A stretch of 64,000 nt of DNA from Paramecium tetraurelia (lineage: Eukaryota). The notes beneath the pieces were generated by a model. That model searched no databases. It was not told the origin of the DNA and saw nothing but the letters and a program-made list of their open reading frames with translations. The stretch covers positions 186,001-250,000 of the forward strand of contig CT868026.1 in NCBI GenBank assembly GCA_000165425.1. Reading direction: 5' to 3'. This document shows, piece after piece, positions 25,671 to 38,040 of this stretch. Numbering within the stretch: the stretch's first letter is position 1; each line of letters begins with the position of its first letter. Position numbers and translations under genes: made by a program.

Positions 25671-27019
25671 ATGGATAATATATACAAATTCAAGGCGAGC
25701 TCTTCAGTGGGACATCTGAAGAATCTAAATAACGATAAACAGTTTTATTCAGAGGAGGAAACCAGCAAAAAGGAGGAGGAGGAGAAGCAGTTGAAAAAAG
25801 TGAGCAAACCACCTAGTAAGATGTCTCAATTCAGTAAAAATGCTACAGGGTACTAAACTGATGACTCTGATAAAGAGACGCCTCGAAACAATAAAGTAGG
25901 GCCATCAAGTAAAATAATCTTGAAAAATGTTAGATCAGAAAGTCTCTAAATTTCGTAATCTGGTGAATGCGAAAAAAATTGAGGGAGACAACGACGATCC
26001 AAATTATGACGATGATGATGACAAGCCAACAACCATCTAATAGCAAATACAACATGTACAATAGCATCATGAGGATCAATATGATATAGAGTAGCAAGCG
26101 AAGCAGGATGCAGTAAAAATATGCAAAGGCAGATAAACCTAAGGAATCTAAAATGAAGTACATAATGTTTATGAGATTTCATATAGACACTCTAACACAC
26201 AGTAACCAATGGATGTGAATTCTGATGTTGAATAGATGAAAAACAAATAACATCAGGAAGGTAAATTGAAGAATCACCCATTTCGACATTTGATATACGG
26301 TCCAACCATTGGTGAGAATTCGTTTAATAAATTTTTATAACTCACTTAAAGAGGTTTAGTATATGCTAAGAAATGCCTAAAGGGTCCTTCTGATAAATTT
26401 ATCAAGTCAAAGATGGTTTAATTGCCAGAATGTGTGATTGTGAAGCCAAAAACCCTATTGTTGGATTTGGATGAAACCTTGATCCACAGTTGTTCTCTAA
26501 GAGAAAATCCACAAGTCACAGTCACCGCATTTGGAGATTATGGCGAAGAAGCCAAAGTAATACCCACTCATTATTTAGATCCACTTCAATATTAGACCAT
26601 TTTGTGCGTGGTTCTTGCAATAAATGAGTCAATTGTACACAATTTATGTCTTTACTGCCTCTTCATCTGCCTATGCTAATGCTATAGTGAATTATTTGGA
26701 TCCAAAGAGACAATGGATTTTGGGAATTCTATCTCGTGGGAACTGCATGGAGACGAAGAATGGTTTCTTTATTAAGGATTTGAGAATTGTTGGGAACAAA
26801 TAATTGAAGGACATGGTGATTGTTGACAATTTGGCTCATTCTTTTGGATTCCAAATTGAAAATGGTATTCCCATCTTAGAATGGCATAACGATTAGAATG
26901 ATTAAGAACTTAAATACTTGGCGACTTATTTGATGGAAGCAGCTGATTAGGAAGACATCAGAGTATTTAATACATAGAGATTAAAATTGGATCAACTTAT
27001 AGAATATAGTTTAGAATGA
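25671..27019 (+). CDS. CTD small phosphatase-like protein (NIF/FCP1 HAD family)
   Basis: LLLDLDETLIHS, RPF, VFTASSSAYANAI, FIKDL, IVDN and ENGIPI motifs. Confidence 0.93.
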
Positions 27020-27069
27020 TCTTATTATCATTAATAAATAAATTCAATATAAATAATTAATCATCATAA

Positions 27070-27634
27070 ATGGGGTCATGTTGTTCAACTAACAAGGTAG
27101 TTAAGGAAACCTATGATTACCCAGATGGAGGAGTTTATGTAGGTGATTTGGAGAACAATTTGCCAGTATCTATTTTAATATTGTGGTAAGCATGGAAGAG
27201 GCACAATCAAGTGGGACAATGGTTCATTATTTGAGGGCGAATTTATAGAAGGAAGAAAGAATGGAAAAGGATTATACAGATGGAATGATGGATAATATTA
27301 TGATGGCAATTTCAAAGATGAAAAATTTGATGGCTATGGCGAATATTTTTGGACTGATGGAAAAGTTTATAAAGGCAACTGGACTGATGGTGAAATGAAT
27401 GGATAAGGGGAAATGAGTTATCCAGATGGAAGAGTATATTCAGGTTCCAAATTTATTTAATCTTAAGGCAGTTTCAAAGCAGACAAAAAGGATGGCGATG
27501 GTGAAATGACTTGGCCTAATGGAAATAAATATATTGGAGCTTGGAAAAAAGGTAAACAACATGGAAAGGGTGTTATGGTAGATCGATAAGGGAATAAATC
27601 TGAAGGCACTTGGAATAAAGGAAAAAAATAATGA
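27070..27634 (+). CDS. MORN-repeat protein with an N-terminal MGSCC dual-acylation motif
   Basis: Repeated Y.G.W/F..G...G.G units (e.g. YIGAWKKGKQHGKG); two tiny introns. Confidence 0.9.
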
Positions 27635-28121
27635 AAATTATATTTAAGCATTGTCAATCTGTGTTAATTATTAATTTTAATCCGTTTATCATTAAATATC
27701 CAAATTGTATTTACTTATTGTATACAAATTCTAAAATTAATAATGTCTTTCAATATTGAATCGATAATCCATCAGCAATTCTATCAACATTGTTAATTTA
27801 TAAATAATTTTAGGAACGGACTCTTTAATTTTCATCTGTAGCTATTTAAGTAATTGGATGAAATAAACCAAAAAGAAAGTATGTAACTTGAATGTAAAGC
27901 AATTTATCAGACTAAAATACTTATTACTTGAAGTATTTTCAGATTATATCTTTCATAAGTTTTATTTTTAGAATATATGATAAAATATTACTTAATAAGT
28001 TCAAATAGTCAATTTGTTTAAACTATCACTTTTTATCAAAGTTATAAGTTATACAAATAAAATAATAATCACATATGCATTTAATGTTTATTTTAATAAT
28101 AATATGTATTTTAATTCATTT

Positions 28122-31011
28122 TCAAGGTTAATTTAATTCCTGTTTCTTTTATTTATAATCTATCCCATTCTAAAGTAAATATTAGACTCCTTTGGAGAAT
28201 ATTAATTACCATGATTTTTTAAATTGGCTACAAAACTTTTCTAAATAGAGTAATATTAAAAGAGTATTCCATACATCATCTATAAGACCTTGTGAATTGC
28301 TTAAATTTAAATAATTGACCTTTAACTGGATGTCATTATTAATCTAAAATCTTCCATCTGCCTAGGCAAAATTCATCAAATTTTCATATGTAAGATTATT
28401 AATTTCGGGCTACTTAGAGATTGCAAAAGATGTCGAACATATGTCTTCATTTTTGCATTATTATGCCATTGAAAATGTATCTTCCACAGAACATTTTTAT
28501 GCCATCTATTGTACTATTGGTTGTTTTGGTGATAGTGGCGTTTGCATTTGCATTGGTTTTGGAAATTACATATTGCAAGGTGGTGGTGGTGGTGTTGCTT
28601 TTGATTGCATTGGTAGTGGAAATTACATATTGCAAAATGGTGGTGGTGGTGGTAGTGGTGCTGTTGATTGCATGCCATACATTTGTGGTGTTGTTGATTG
28701 CATGCCAAACATTTGTGGTGCCGTTGATTGCATGCCGCCAAACATTGGTGGTGTTGCATTTGATTGCATGCCAAACATTTGTGGTGCTGTTGATTGCATG
28801 CTGCCACACATTGGTAGTATTTGTGCTTTCATGCCGCAAGACATTGTTAGTGATGGTGGTGATGCATTCATGCACTTTAATTGTTATGAAGGGTATTTTC
28901 CTGATGTCATGCTGCAACCTTAACTTAGAAATTAGCAAGAAGACAGACCAAATTGATTTGGAAATGTTTTTTTAGTATGTGTTATCTTGATTTTAGATCT
29001 GGCCTACTATTTTAATTGATCTTCTAATTCGCATACTTCACAAACAAATGCTGTTTTATTACTCAATATTTAATTTTCTATAGATAGATTCACAATATCC
29101 TTATCTTCAATATTTTATTTATTTAATTTAATAAAATTAACTTGTTATTCACCATATTTTATTGCGTTATCGTAATATGTGATAAACTTATGAGTGGCTA
29201 ATTTATGAAAATATTCATTATCTTAAGATTAATTTAAATTCAAATTGACAGAATATTTTATAGGCTATTTATCTTATGGATTATAGCAATGGATACTAAA
29301 TTCAATGTTTTCTAATTCTTATTCATTGGAAAATAGAATTTAAATAGTGAGTTCTTAATTTTTTTTTAGACTAACTATTGATTCAGGATTTGGAATGATT
29401 GAAGAGATTTTATCTACATTAGTTTCTAATTTAAAATCTTCTAGATATGGAGTCAATGAATCCTCCAATAAGTCAATTACCTTTTCATTAATATCCTCAT
29501 TATCTCCTACTATGTGAAACTTTCCATTTCCTACCTCAGCAACTCTTTTTATTAAATAAAAACTGCAACGTTCTCCAATTCCTAATGTATATATCCTAGT
29601 TTCTGCCCGATTATTATTTTTAACAAGTTCAATGATTGGATCTGCATTATCTTCTCCATCTGTTAGTAAGAATACATTTAAAGTTGTGTCCTTTGAACAT
29701 CCATAACTACTATTATATATCTTATTTTTTAAAGGATTGTAAATATTAGTTCCTCCCATGTCTGCCTGCATATCTTTTACATGTTAAATGGCTTCTTATA
29801 AATTATCTTAAGTATATTGTCTTGATTCTTCCCATAGGGAAACGTATTATGTACCAAATGATATAATATTGAATAAAGAGGTTTAAGGCAAACTTTTAAG
29901 AAATAGAATTAATGATTGTTTTGCCTTTTATATTCTAGATCCATCCATGGATCCACTTCTATCAATAATGAATAAATAATTCCCTCTATTAATGTTTTAT
30001 TTCTCTGGCAAATTTATGCTATCCAGATATTAAGAATAAGCATCATCTAATGACATCTAATTAAATTGCGGAAATGAAAGTTAATGTGGCACAATATTTC
30101 TAAACCTATAAAGCATCATTATTTGTATGACTCAGTATTGCTCTCGGTAAATTGATATCATTGGATGAAAACAATAGAGTAAATTTCTTTAAGGGTTTAA
30201 AGCTTTCAGGATTATCATCATCTAATTTAAGAACTAATCTTTTGCCATTCTCTTGTTTTATACCTTCAATATCTTTGGCATTTGTAGAATGCAATTAATG
30301 TGTTGGAGATTTCCAAAAAGTGATAGGTGATCCAGTGTCAAACTCGATCTCAATGTCTTATTGGTACTCAAAAGTAAAGTCTTTCAATTAAAACATACCA
30401 TTTAAATATCTTACAATTTTATTAAACCCTATTTGAGTATCAGATTGATTTTTTTAATAATTTTCATCTATTATTGGAGATATATCAATTTTCCAAAATT
30501 TGTTCAAATACACCTCCAAGGGTTGTATATATTCAAAAATCACTCTTAATTATTTATTTGGAGCAAGTTATCCTATTTTGAGTCTTTTTATCTATGGGAA
30601 TTATTCATCTTCTTCGCTATAAGCCATAGTTTTTCCTTGTTTAATTCCTTCTTCAAATTCTTACTTTGCTTCTTCTTTTTCCTTCACTATTCCATAAACT
30701 ATTTACTCTCCTAATTCAACTTTCATTTTAGTGACAGCTGCATTCTCGTTGATAGAAAAAACATATTCTAGGTCTAATGGCTAATTAAAGGCTTCTGTTA
30801 AAAATATTTATTCTATTTGCACGATTTAAAGACCATTATATATTTTTAGGTGATATTTAACACTTCGCAATGGTATTACCTTCTTTTAATTTTATTCAAA
30901 ACAGACAAACAATTATAATGGGTTAACCATTTACCTTTCTCTTTCTTTTCTCATTTCATATTTTTGATTGGCTTATTAAATTTTAGGACAAGATATTTAT
31001 ACTTAACTCAT
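28122..31011 (-). CDS. VIT plus von Willebrand factor A domain protein (VWA5A/ITIH-like) with an apparent 1-nt frameshift near 30072
   Basis: VIT-like N-terminus (KEKEEAKQEFEEGIKQGK), MIDAS motif IIDRSGSM, ADMGGT, FLLTDGE, Pro/Met/Gln repeat region; the 2890-nt span is 3n+1. Confidence 0.85.
28543..28812 (-). repeat. Imperfect coding tandem repeat (about 27-33 nt units) encoding MQST(A/T)PQMFG plus polyproline tracts
   Basis: Repeated ttgattgcatgcc...atttgtggtg units and ggt runs on the + strand, in frame with the vWA gene. Confidence 0.85.
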
Positions 31012-32038
31012 TTAAATTTTTTAATTATTTATTTTTCCAATTAGTTTTGGTTATGAATACTCCTTTTTTGGCAATTTCTGATTACAAATTCTACCAAGGA
31101 TAATAGACTATCATAATAGAATTTTTACTTATAGATTATATTGATCAACTAATTAGAAAGTACTTTTTAAATTTTGAATTGCAATTAGACTGAAAGCATT
31201 CAATGTTAATTGAAAAATAAAAGATCATAACTAGATGAATTAGAATAATAATAGATATTGTAGATAATCAATACTAGGAATTCAGATGGCAGGGGCATAT
31301 GAAATTTTTATCTAAAGGATAATAGTTTCGATTATTTAAAAATTTGATATTCTAATTCACTTATGAGATTTGGATATGTGTAAATTTGTTGTAGAATTAA
31401 TTATATTTTATTAAATTTAAAGGAGGAACTTTCAGGATATATTTTTTTTTATTTATACGTTTAAATTTTCTACAATTATTTTCATGGAAAATAAAAAGAA
31501 GGTCAATTTGAATAAAATCAAAAATCCATATATTATTTTATCGCTAGAAACGATAGATTTGATGGAAATTTAAGATAGCAATAGGTGGTCAATGGAAAAT
31601 TTTAATGATCAAATCTTTTAAAGACGTACACTAAATCAAGAGCTTTGAAATAAATGATTATTTAGAGATAATTATTATTTAAGAATTTAGCAGAAAGATG
31701 AATTAGAGAGAATTGAAAAATTGTAGAATTTAGAGATAAATTGCATTGAAATAACTCATAGAATTAACTTAAATATTAATTGAAATTTTGGCTTTTGAGC
31801 GAAAAATATTCTATTAAAAATTTAATTTAATAATCTTTTTCGAGTTTATTTTAAAGTATAATGAACAAAACCCAGATAATTATCAATAAAAATATAGCAT
31901 TAGCTTTTAAGAAAGGTGATTAGAAATTCTTGAAGTTCAATTAATCTATCTTAATATCCGATTAAATATCTACAAAAACCAGAGAAAGAAGTAAATCAGG
32001 TTTAATATTGTTGTGTAAATAGTTAAAATTAAAAAGTA

Positions 32039-32120
32039 TGACAATAGCCAGATTTCAAACTGATGCGGGAAAACCCCACAGATTTTAAATCTGCGCCTTA
32101 GCCCACTCGGCCACCATGTC
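32039..32120 (-). pseudogene. Degenerate tRNA-Ser-like gene whose anticodon now reads UAA
   Basis: GACATGGTGGCCGAGTGGGCTAAGGCGCAGATTTAAAATCTGTGGGGTTTTCCCGCATCAGTTTGAAATCTGGCTATTGTCA: intact A-box/D-arm and Ser-type variable arm GGG..CCC, but a mutated T-loop (GTTTGAAATC) and mismatched acceptor stem. Confidence 0.75.
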
Positions 32121-32822
32121 TATGATGAGAATTCATATTGAGAATCAACGATTTTGAAAGATTTACTAAATTTTAGATATAAACCATCATAATAGAATAT
32201 TTTTGTAGAACTAAAAATTATTATTATTTAATAAAAACTGTCCATCAATTTATCCTTTTTAATCAATTTCAAATAAACTTCACTATTATTATTAACAAAC
32301 ATTTTTCTACTTTGGTTGCAATCTATTTAAAAAATCCTACTTTTAATACCATTAAACAATTATTCCTTGTAAAGATAGTAAATTCTATAGATTTATATTT
32401 GATCTAAGTGTTCCAAAAGTTCCCTTTTATTTAAAGGAGAGTAGAGCATTCTCGATATATTCCATCAATTTTATATGTTCGCTCCTTATCATAATTAGTC
32501 TTTACCAATATTGTATTTTCAAAGGACATTCAATATACAACATTCTAATTAAGAGTAATTATCTTTTTAGCTCTTTTGACGTAATCTTATTTCATCAGAA
32601 AAAGTCAAAATAATAAATTATCAAGTTCATAAAGGGGTTTTTAATTACTTAAATAGAATAAAGGTTGATTAAATAGATTTATGTAGGAAATTAGGATGGT
32701 AATACAGGGAAAGTAGGATGATAGAGCAGCTGACATGATTATTAAAATAGTGATTGTTGTTGTGTATTAGAAAATGTGAATTTGAAAAATTTTTCCTTAA
32801 AAAATAATTAGTATATAAATAA

Positions 32823-33545
32823 ATGTAAAGAAAATCAAATACATTAAAATACTTATGCAAGTTACTTTATTCTACAACCCCATTTTGTTAGCACAAGAAT
32901 TCTTGTGTTGTGAATATGTCAAGAGGACTGGTTGAGGCATTCACTAAGGCATTTTTGGCAAAGCTTTGTTTAAATGCCATAATGTTGGTTATGAGTTCTA
33001 AGAAGATTATCAAATCATCTAATAAAATCAAATTGGTTTTTCAAATTTTGATTAATAGGTATTGTATAAAATGTAATTATGTATAGAACTAATTTTCATT
33101 TGGGGTTATTTATGGGCACATAGACATTTTTAATTAAATGCATTTAATGTCTTTTGAGAGCAATAAGAAATAAGGAGGATGGTTGGAATGCTGCAATTTC
33201 TGGTTTTATCGCAGGAGGGTTGAGTTTTATAACTTAGAAGCCGCATGTTCAAAATATCCTTAGAGTTTATTTGTTTGCAAGAGCGACAGAGTGCTTATAT
33301 CAGATTGGTATTTAGAGGTAAAATATTTAAAAATGAAAAGAAAGTATTACAACCATCAAAAGGCGAACACTGCAATTGCATTCGTAGCAATGACTGCAGT
33401 AATTGCATACGGGTTCTTTTTTGAGCCAGACATATTGCCAATGGACACATTCAAGATGTACGAGAACTTTTCATAATAAACCCTGGTGGATTAGATTTGG
33501 CATATGTGCAATGTATAATAGTATAGAAATAGATGCAATGTTTGA
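32823..33545 (+). CDS. TMEM135/Tim17-like membrane protein
   Basis: C.H..SC N-terminal motif, CLLRAIRNKEDGWNAAISGFIAGG, YLFARA, YGFFFEPDILP; tiny introns. Confidence 0.75.
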
Positions 33546-33580
33546 TAGGATATGAACAATACTTATAAGTTATAAAATGA

Positions 33581-36500
33581 TCATAAAATTTTCTTTAACT
33601 TTCTTAATTTTCTCTGGGAAGTAATTTCATTGAAGCAAAAGTACAGAATCAAAATGGGAGTGCAAGGTAGGCCAATGACACCAATGAAATTCACATCTCT
33701 GTCTGGAAAATAATAAATCATGTAGGGTATGTACATGAGTAACACTAAAAATAGTGAAATTAAATAGGAATAGACCAACTTCTACAAAATTGATAAATGT
33801 AATAATTTACTTTGTTTAATTTCTAATATCTGAATGATAGGATTCTTGTTCTGCCCAGGAAAACGTGTAGCCATCCCCACATGATGAATCCATAGATGAA
33901 CCCTAATTGAGCAATATCCAAAGACAGGTATGAGTAACAGAGTTCTGAGTCATTTAATTTGCAAATATCAGAGTTGCTGGTGACAAAATTGGTAATCCAA
34001 GAGTGATCGGTTTCATTCAATTTGACAATAACATTTCTGAAGTCAAATTCAGATTCCTTATTGAAATGTTTATAAAATTAGAAAGTGATAAAAGGATTTT
34101 GTGATAATGGTTGGGGATTGATTAAGTTCAGATTGCCCAAATATTGGTCTGAAGTATTAAAATTGTAAAAATCAGTAGAATTGAATATTTGACTTGAATA
34201 TCCAGTTTTGTAGATGATTCCAGGTAAGGATTTGCTTTGAAATCCAAAATAATGCATAGTAACCAAATAACTCATCATTCCTGATGATGCAGCCAAGACT
34301 CCATGAGTGAGGATCCATCTTAAGAAATGTTGGAGTTTAATAAATATCTTCACATTACTTGGTTCTCTGATTATGATGTCGACTTCCTCATTTTCATTCA
34401 ATACTCCCAAGACCAGAATTTCCAGCACAAATGTTATATACAATATTCCAAAACTAGTGAGTGGCAATGGAATCCCAAAAAACAACATTAAGAGAATGGG
34501 GATGAATTGACCGAATTTATTACTCAAACACAATTTAATCTGTTTAATTAGGTTATCAGTAAATCGTCTGCCATGATAAATGCATTTCAGTATCTACTCC
34601 AATTCCTGTTGTTCATTGCTCATCAAAATAACTTTAGAGGATTATTTAGCTAATTCATCAGATCTATTCAATGCAAAACTTACATCACACTTCCTTAAGG
34701 CAGGTGAATCAATCGTATCAAAACCAATCATTCCAACTTTATATCCTTGTTTTTAAAAAGCAGATATAACCATTAATTTTTATGCTGGATTTATTCTTGC
34801 ATATATTGTATTTAATTATGTACATAGTTTTGTATTGATTGATTCTTCATCTGCCTACTCTTTTTATTATTAATTCTCATCTAATTATTCGTGATCTTCT
34901 AAATCATTACCTGTAACTATTTTAGGATTACAAACTAATTGAGATTCTTAAGCAATATATTCTGCAGTTTCAGGAAAGTCACCAGTCCTTTTTATATGTA
35001 AATAGATTACATTAACACAACTCTAATTCCAGACAAGTTCAATTTCTGCAATACTGTCCTAATGATGGGAGTGATGCTCAATTTCAAGGCAATCGTCCCT
35101 AAATTGGTTGCATGATTCAAATTAAAATTAAATTCGTTCGTGTTGGCTATATCGAATCTGTAGTTCTCATCTAGGATTAAGAGTTTCTCAGCAAATGAGA
35201 TGAGCGAGTACCCCTTCTTTGCCAAATTTCTGTGAGTATTCAAATATTCAATCTCCTCTTGACTTCCAGATCTGAATAGCTTTTATGAAATGACTTCAGG
35301 AGAACCCATTAAATACACGATATACTAAGACTTGAATTCCATATTCTGCACTATGGTCAAACAATATCGTTCTATTGCTGTGAACTGTCTCTATTGAACA
35401 ATTCTGTAATCGTCAATCCTATAATCCCTAATGAATTGTCTCATTATTTGTTAAATGTCTTATTTGTTGTAAGACTCCTCCAAGGAATAATTCTCCTGAT
35501 AGATGCAATAATGGATGCAATTAAGTAAGTCTATCAAATCTAAGATTTAAATACTTTGATAGTTCTTGATCTTGTTAATGTGATATATTTGATTGTCCAG
35601 GATTATCTTCTTAGGTTGTTATCCCTAGACCAGGACAGCTTCCTTATTGATCAACAGCAAACTCATTTAAGTTAGACTCTCAATCACGTCAACATCCTTC
35701 AAAAATACACTCTGATCTTGCATGATTGAGACAATCTTCCTCTTTGAGTAGGAGATCAACAACATCAAAGTGAAGGGAAGACTAGGTTAAATTATTTGAT
35801 ACTTAGATAGTATGATTATGATGATTGTGTTAATTAGGAATGTGAAGTCGTAGTGTCCATTCTGGTACTCCTCGAATATCCATCCAATGATTGTTATGAT
35901 GATGAATGAAAATATTATCAGAGTAGTAATCTATATAATTCTTAATAATTTAAATCAAATACTTCTTGACTTAGTAATCGATGTGTGAAATGGACATGGG
36001 AACATCAATCTTCTTGGCTAGTTTCCCCAGAATAGTCTAATTGCCAGTGTTTATGACTATGGCTCTTCCTTCCCCAAAAACACAACCGACTCCTAAGAAG
36101 GCTACGTTCCTTGCTTCAAATATGGATTTGTGATTGCTTTCTTCTGATTCCAATAATATTGGCTGACAATCCCCTGTGAATATAAAATTGTCCACACTCA
36201 ATTGTTGGGATAGTATGATTCTACAATCGGCTGGCACCTTGTAATTGGAATTCAATTCAATCAGATCTCCCTTCACCAATTATTCCGAGGAGATTTTTTA
36301 CTTTTAGCCATTTCTTATTACTATCACTTCGTCATTGGTGATTATTTGATTGAATTACTAAAAGAGTTTCTTCTTCTTTTGATACGACGTGAATGTAATT
36401 ATGTGGGTGAATACTAGAATTGCCAATAAACTAATGATTTCAATCAGAAATGAAATGTGCTCCTTCTCATCATACAAATATCCAACTATCGACAACACTA

Positions 36501-37061
36501 TAACTATAACTAATGCTAATGTAAAGAGGTTGAACACTTCTCGCAATTGCACATTTGCATGTTTGCTCGTAATTTTGTTTAAACCGAATTTTGCAATCTT
36601 CTCCTAGACCTATTGATCATTCAATCCATCCGTGATGTTCGTCTTCAAAATCTTTTATATCTATTCAACAGAGTATGTATGTTCGATCATCTCTATTTGG
36701 TCTTAATCAATCTATATAGAATTTTCGGACATATAGGAAGGATATACGTGACTCATTCGCTGACTTGGCTTCTGCTTGCTAAACAAAATATTCTCATTAT
36801 CATGCATTTTAGACGAGTAGTCCGCCCCTCTCTCCAAAAACCGAGGAGCCTCCTCAACTATTGAACTGTTAATCAATTCCCCCGGTTAGATTGGATGCTC
36901 CTTTATTTTGAATTCGAGCATCGCCTATATAATCGAATATTGCACTAGACTTTTATTTGGAGAAGAGTCTAAATCACCTAAATAAACATACTTTCAGCGA
37001 ACGATTTCGTATTATGATTACTTTGCTCTAATAAATATTGAGATTATTCTCCTTTATTCAT
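33581..37061 (-). CDS. P-type ATPase-like protein (type IIC Na/K-ATPase-like architecture), predicted catalytically inactive
   Basis: VKGDLIEL..VPADCRI, EARNVAF.G, TGDFPETA, YARINPAQKL and DSPALRKCD are present, but DKTGT reads NKEAV, TGES reads TGDC and PEGL reads PFTL. Confidence 0.85.
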
Positions 37062-37199
37062 ATAATTATAAATTGAATTATAAGTAATTCTTTAACATTA
37101 ACTTATTTAATATTATCACTATATGTCACTACTTTTACATTATGATCGAATATATATATATATAGAAATTTTTATAAAAATATTAATAAAGCAGATTTT

Positions 37200-37495
37200 T
37201 CAATCTAATTCCACAAAATATCCTCCTCCCTCGGATCTCCTCCCCGCACTTCGAATCTATTAGATTCTTGATTCAGAAGCCCCACATCCTCAATCCCCAC
37301 CAATAAATTATAGAACTCTTAGGAAGAACTCCACCACTCTTCATATATTTTTCAATATCCACATTCCCAATTGACCTGACCTCTATTCTTTTTTTGTGCC
37401 TCTCTCTCAAATAGGAATTGATTTGAAGATCAAGCCGTGTTACAGAATTGACTTATAAGAATTTGATTATAACAACCAAAATAAATTTGAATCAT
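37200..37495 (-). CDS. Small hypothetical protein of about 89 aa
   Basis: One 25-nt intron gives MIQIYFVNSVTRLDLQINSYLRERH...GGGYFVELD-TGA. Confidence 0.5.
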
Positions 37496-37579
37496 TATAC
37501 ATCTAAAAATAGATTCAATTAGTATTATAGTTTATACAATGTACATATTGTGATATTGAAAGAAATATATGAATATGTA

Positions 37580-37771
37580 TCAAATTGGGTTCAATTTTTG
37601 TAGTTGCTCAGCTTCCTTAACAAGCTATTGCTGCATTACTTCTAGTATTCTAACATTTTTATCCAAACTTTCAACTTGCTCCAATATCACATTATGCCAA
37701 GGGTAAAGCACAAAGGCCTAAAAGCTTAATGCGCAGATTCCAACAAACATGTTCACTTTCGGGAGAACCAT
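37580..37771 (-). CDS. 63-aa single-TM microprotein with a VLYPWH motif and coiled coil
   Basis: MVLPKVNMFVGICALSFQAFVLYPWHNVILEQVESLDKNVRILEVMQQQLVKEAEQLQKLNPI; paralogue at 38041-38259. Confidence 0.75.
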
Positions 37772-37813
37772 TATAATTGCTAAGTTTATCTTAATTTATT
37801 AATTAATTTCTCT

Positions 37814-37996
37814 TCAAACTATTTTTATGCTTTGAAGGAAGATATTTTCCATTTATTTCTAGAAATCATCAGGTTGCTTCTATTTTTAGATCAAACTCTT
37901 CCTTTCACTTCCCCATGCTCCCTTAATGAGCTAAGGTCTCTCTAAAATTGTCTTATTAGATTATTTATATTATTGCTACTATTTTTAGGATAACAT
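37814..37996 (-). CDS. 60-aa hypothetical microprotein
   Basis: MLSQKQQQQYKQSNKTILERPQLIKGAWGSERKSLIQKQKQPDDFQKQMENIFLQSIKIV; clean ATG to TGA, AT-rich flanks. Confidence 0.5.
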
Positions 37997-38040
37997 TATT
38001 TATATTTAATATACAAAAAACACAAATGTAGAAAATCACA

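Noticed and set aside
27680..27960. Possible small minus-strand gene downstream of the vWA gene
   Set aside because: No convincing start/stop structure or recognisable motif.
28543..28812. Repeat array as CRISPR-like or telomeric
   Set aside because: Units are contiguous, codon-phased and lack unique spacers; they are not C4A2/C3A3 telomeric repeats.
28421..28975. Stack of overlapping ORFs on both strands (Val/Cys-rich, His-rich, Thr-rich)
   Set aside because: By-product of the stop-poor tandem repeat; only the MQSTAPQMFG frame is continuous with the vWA gene.
31012..32822. Retained germline IES or transposon in the long AT-rich spacer
   Set aside because: No terminal inverted repeats or transposase motifs were recognised; TA-bounded IESs cannot be called without comparing germline and somatic sequence.
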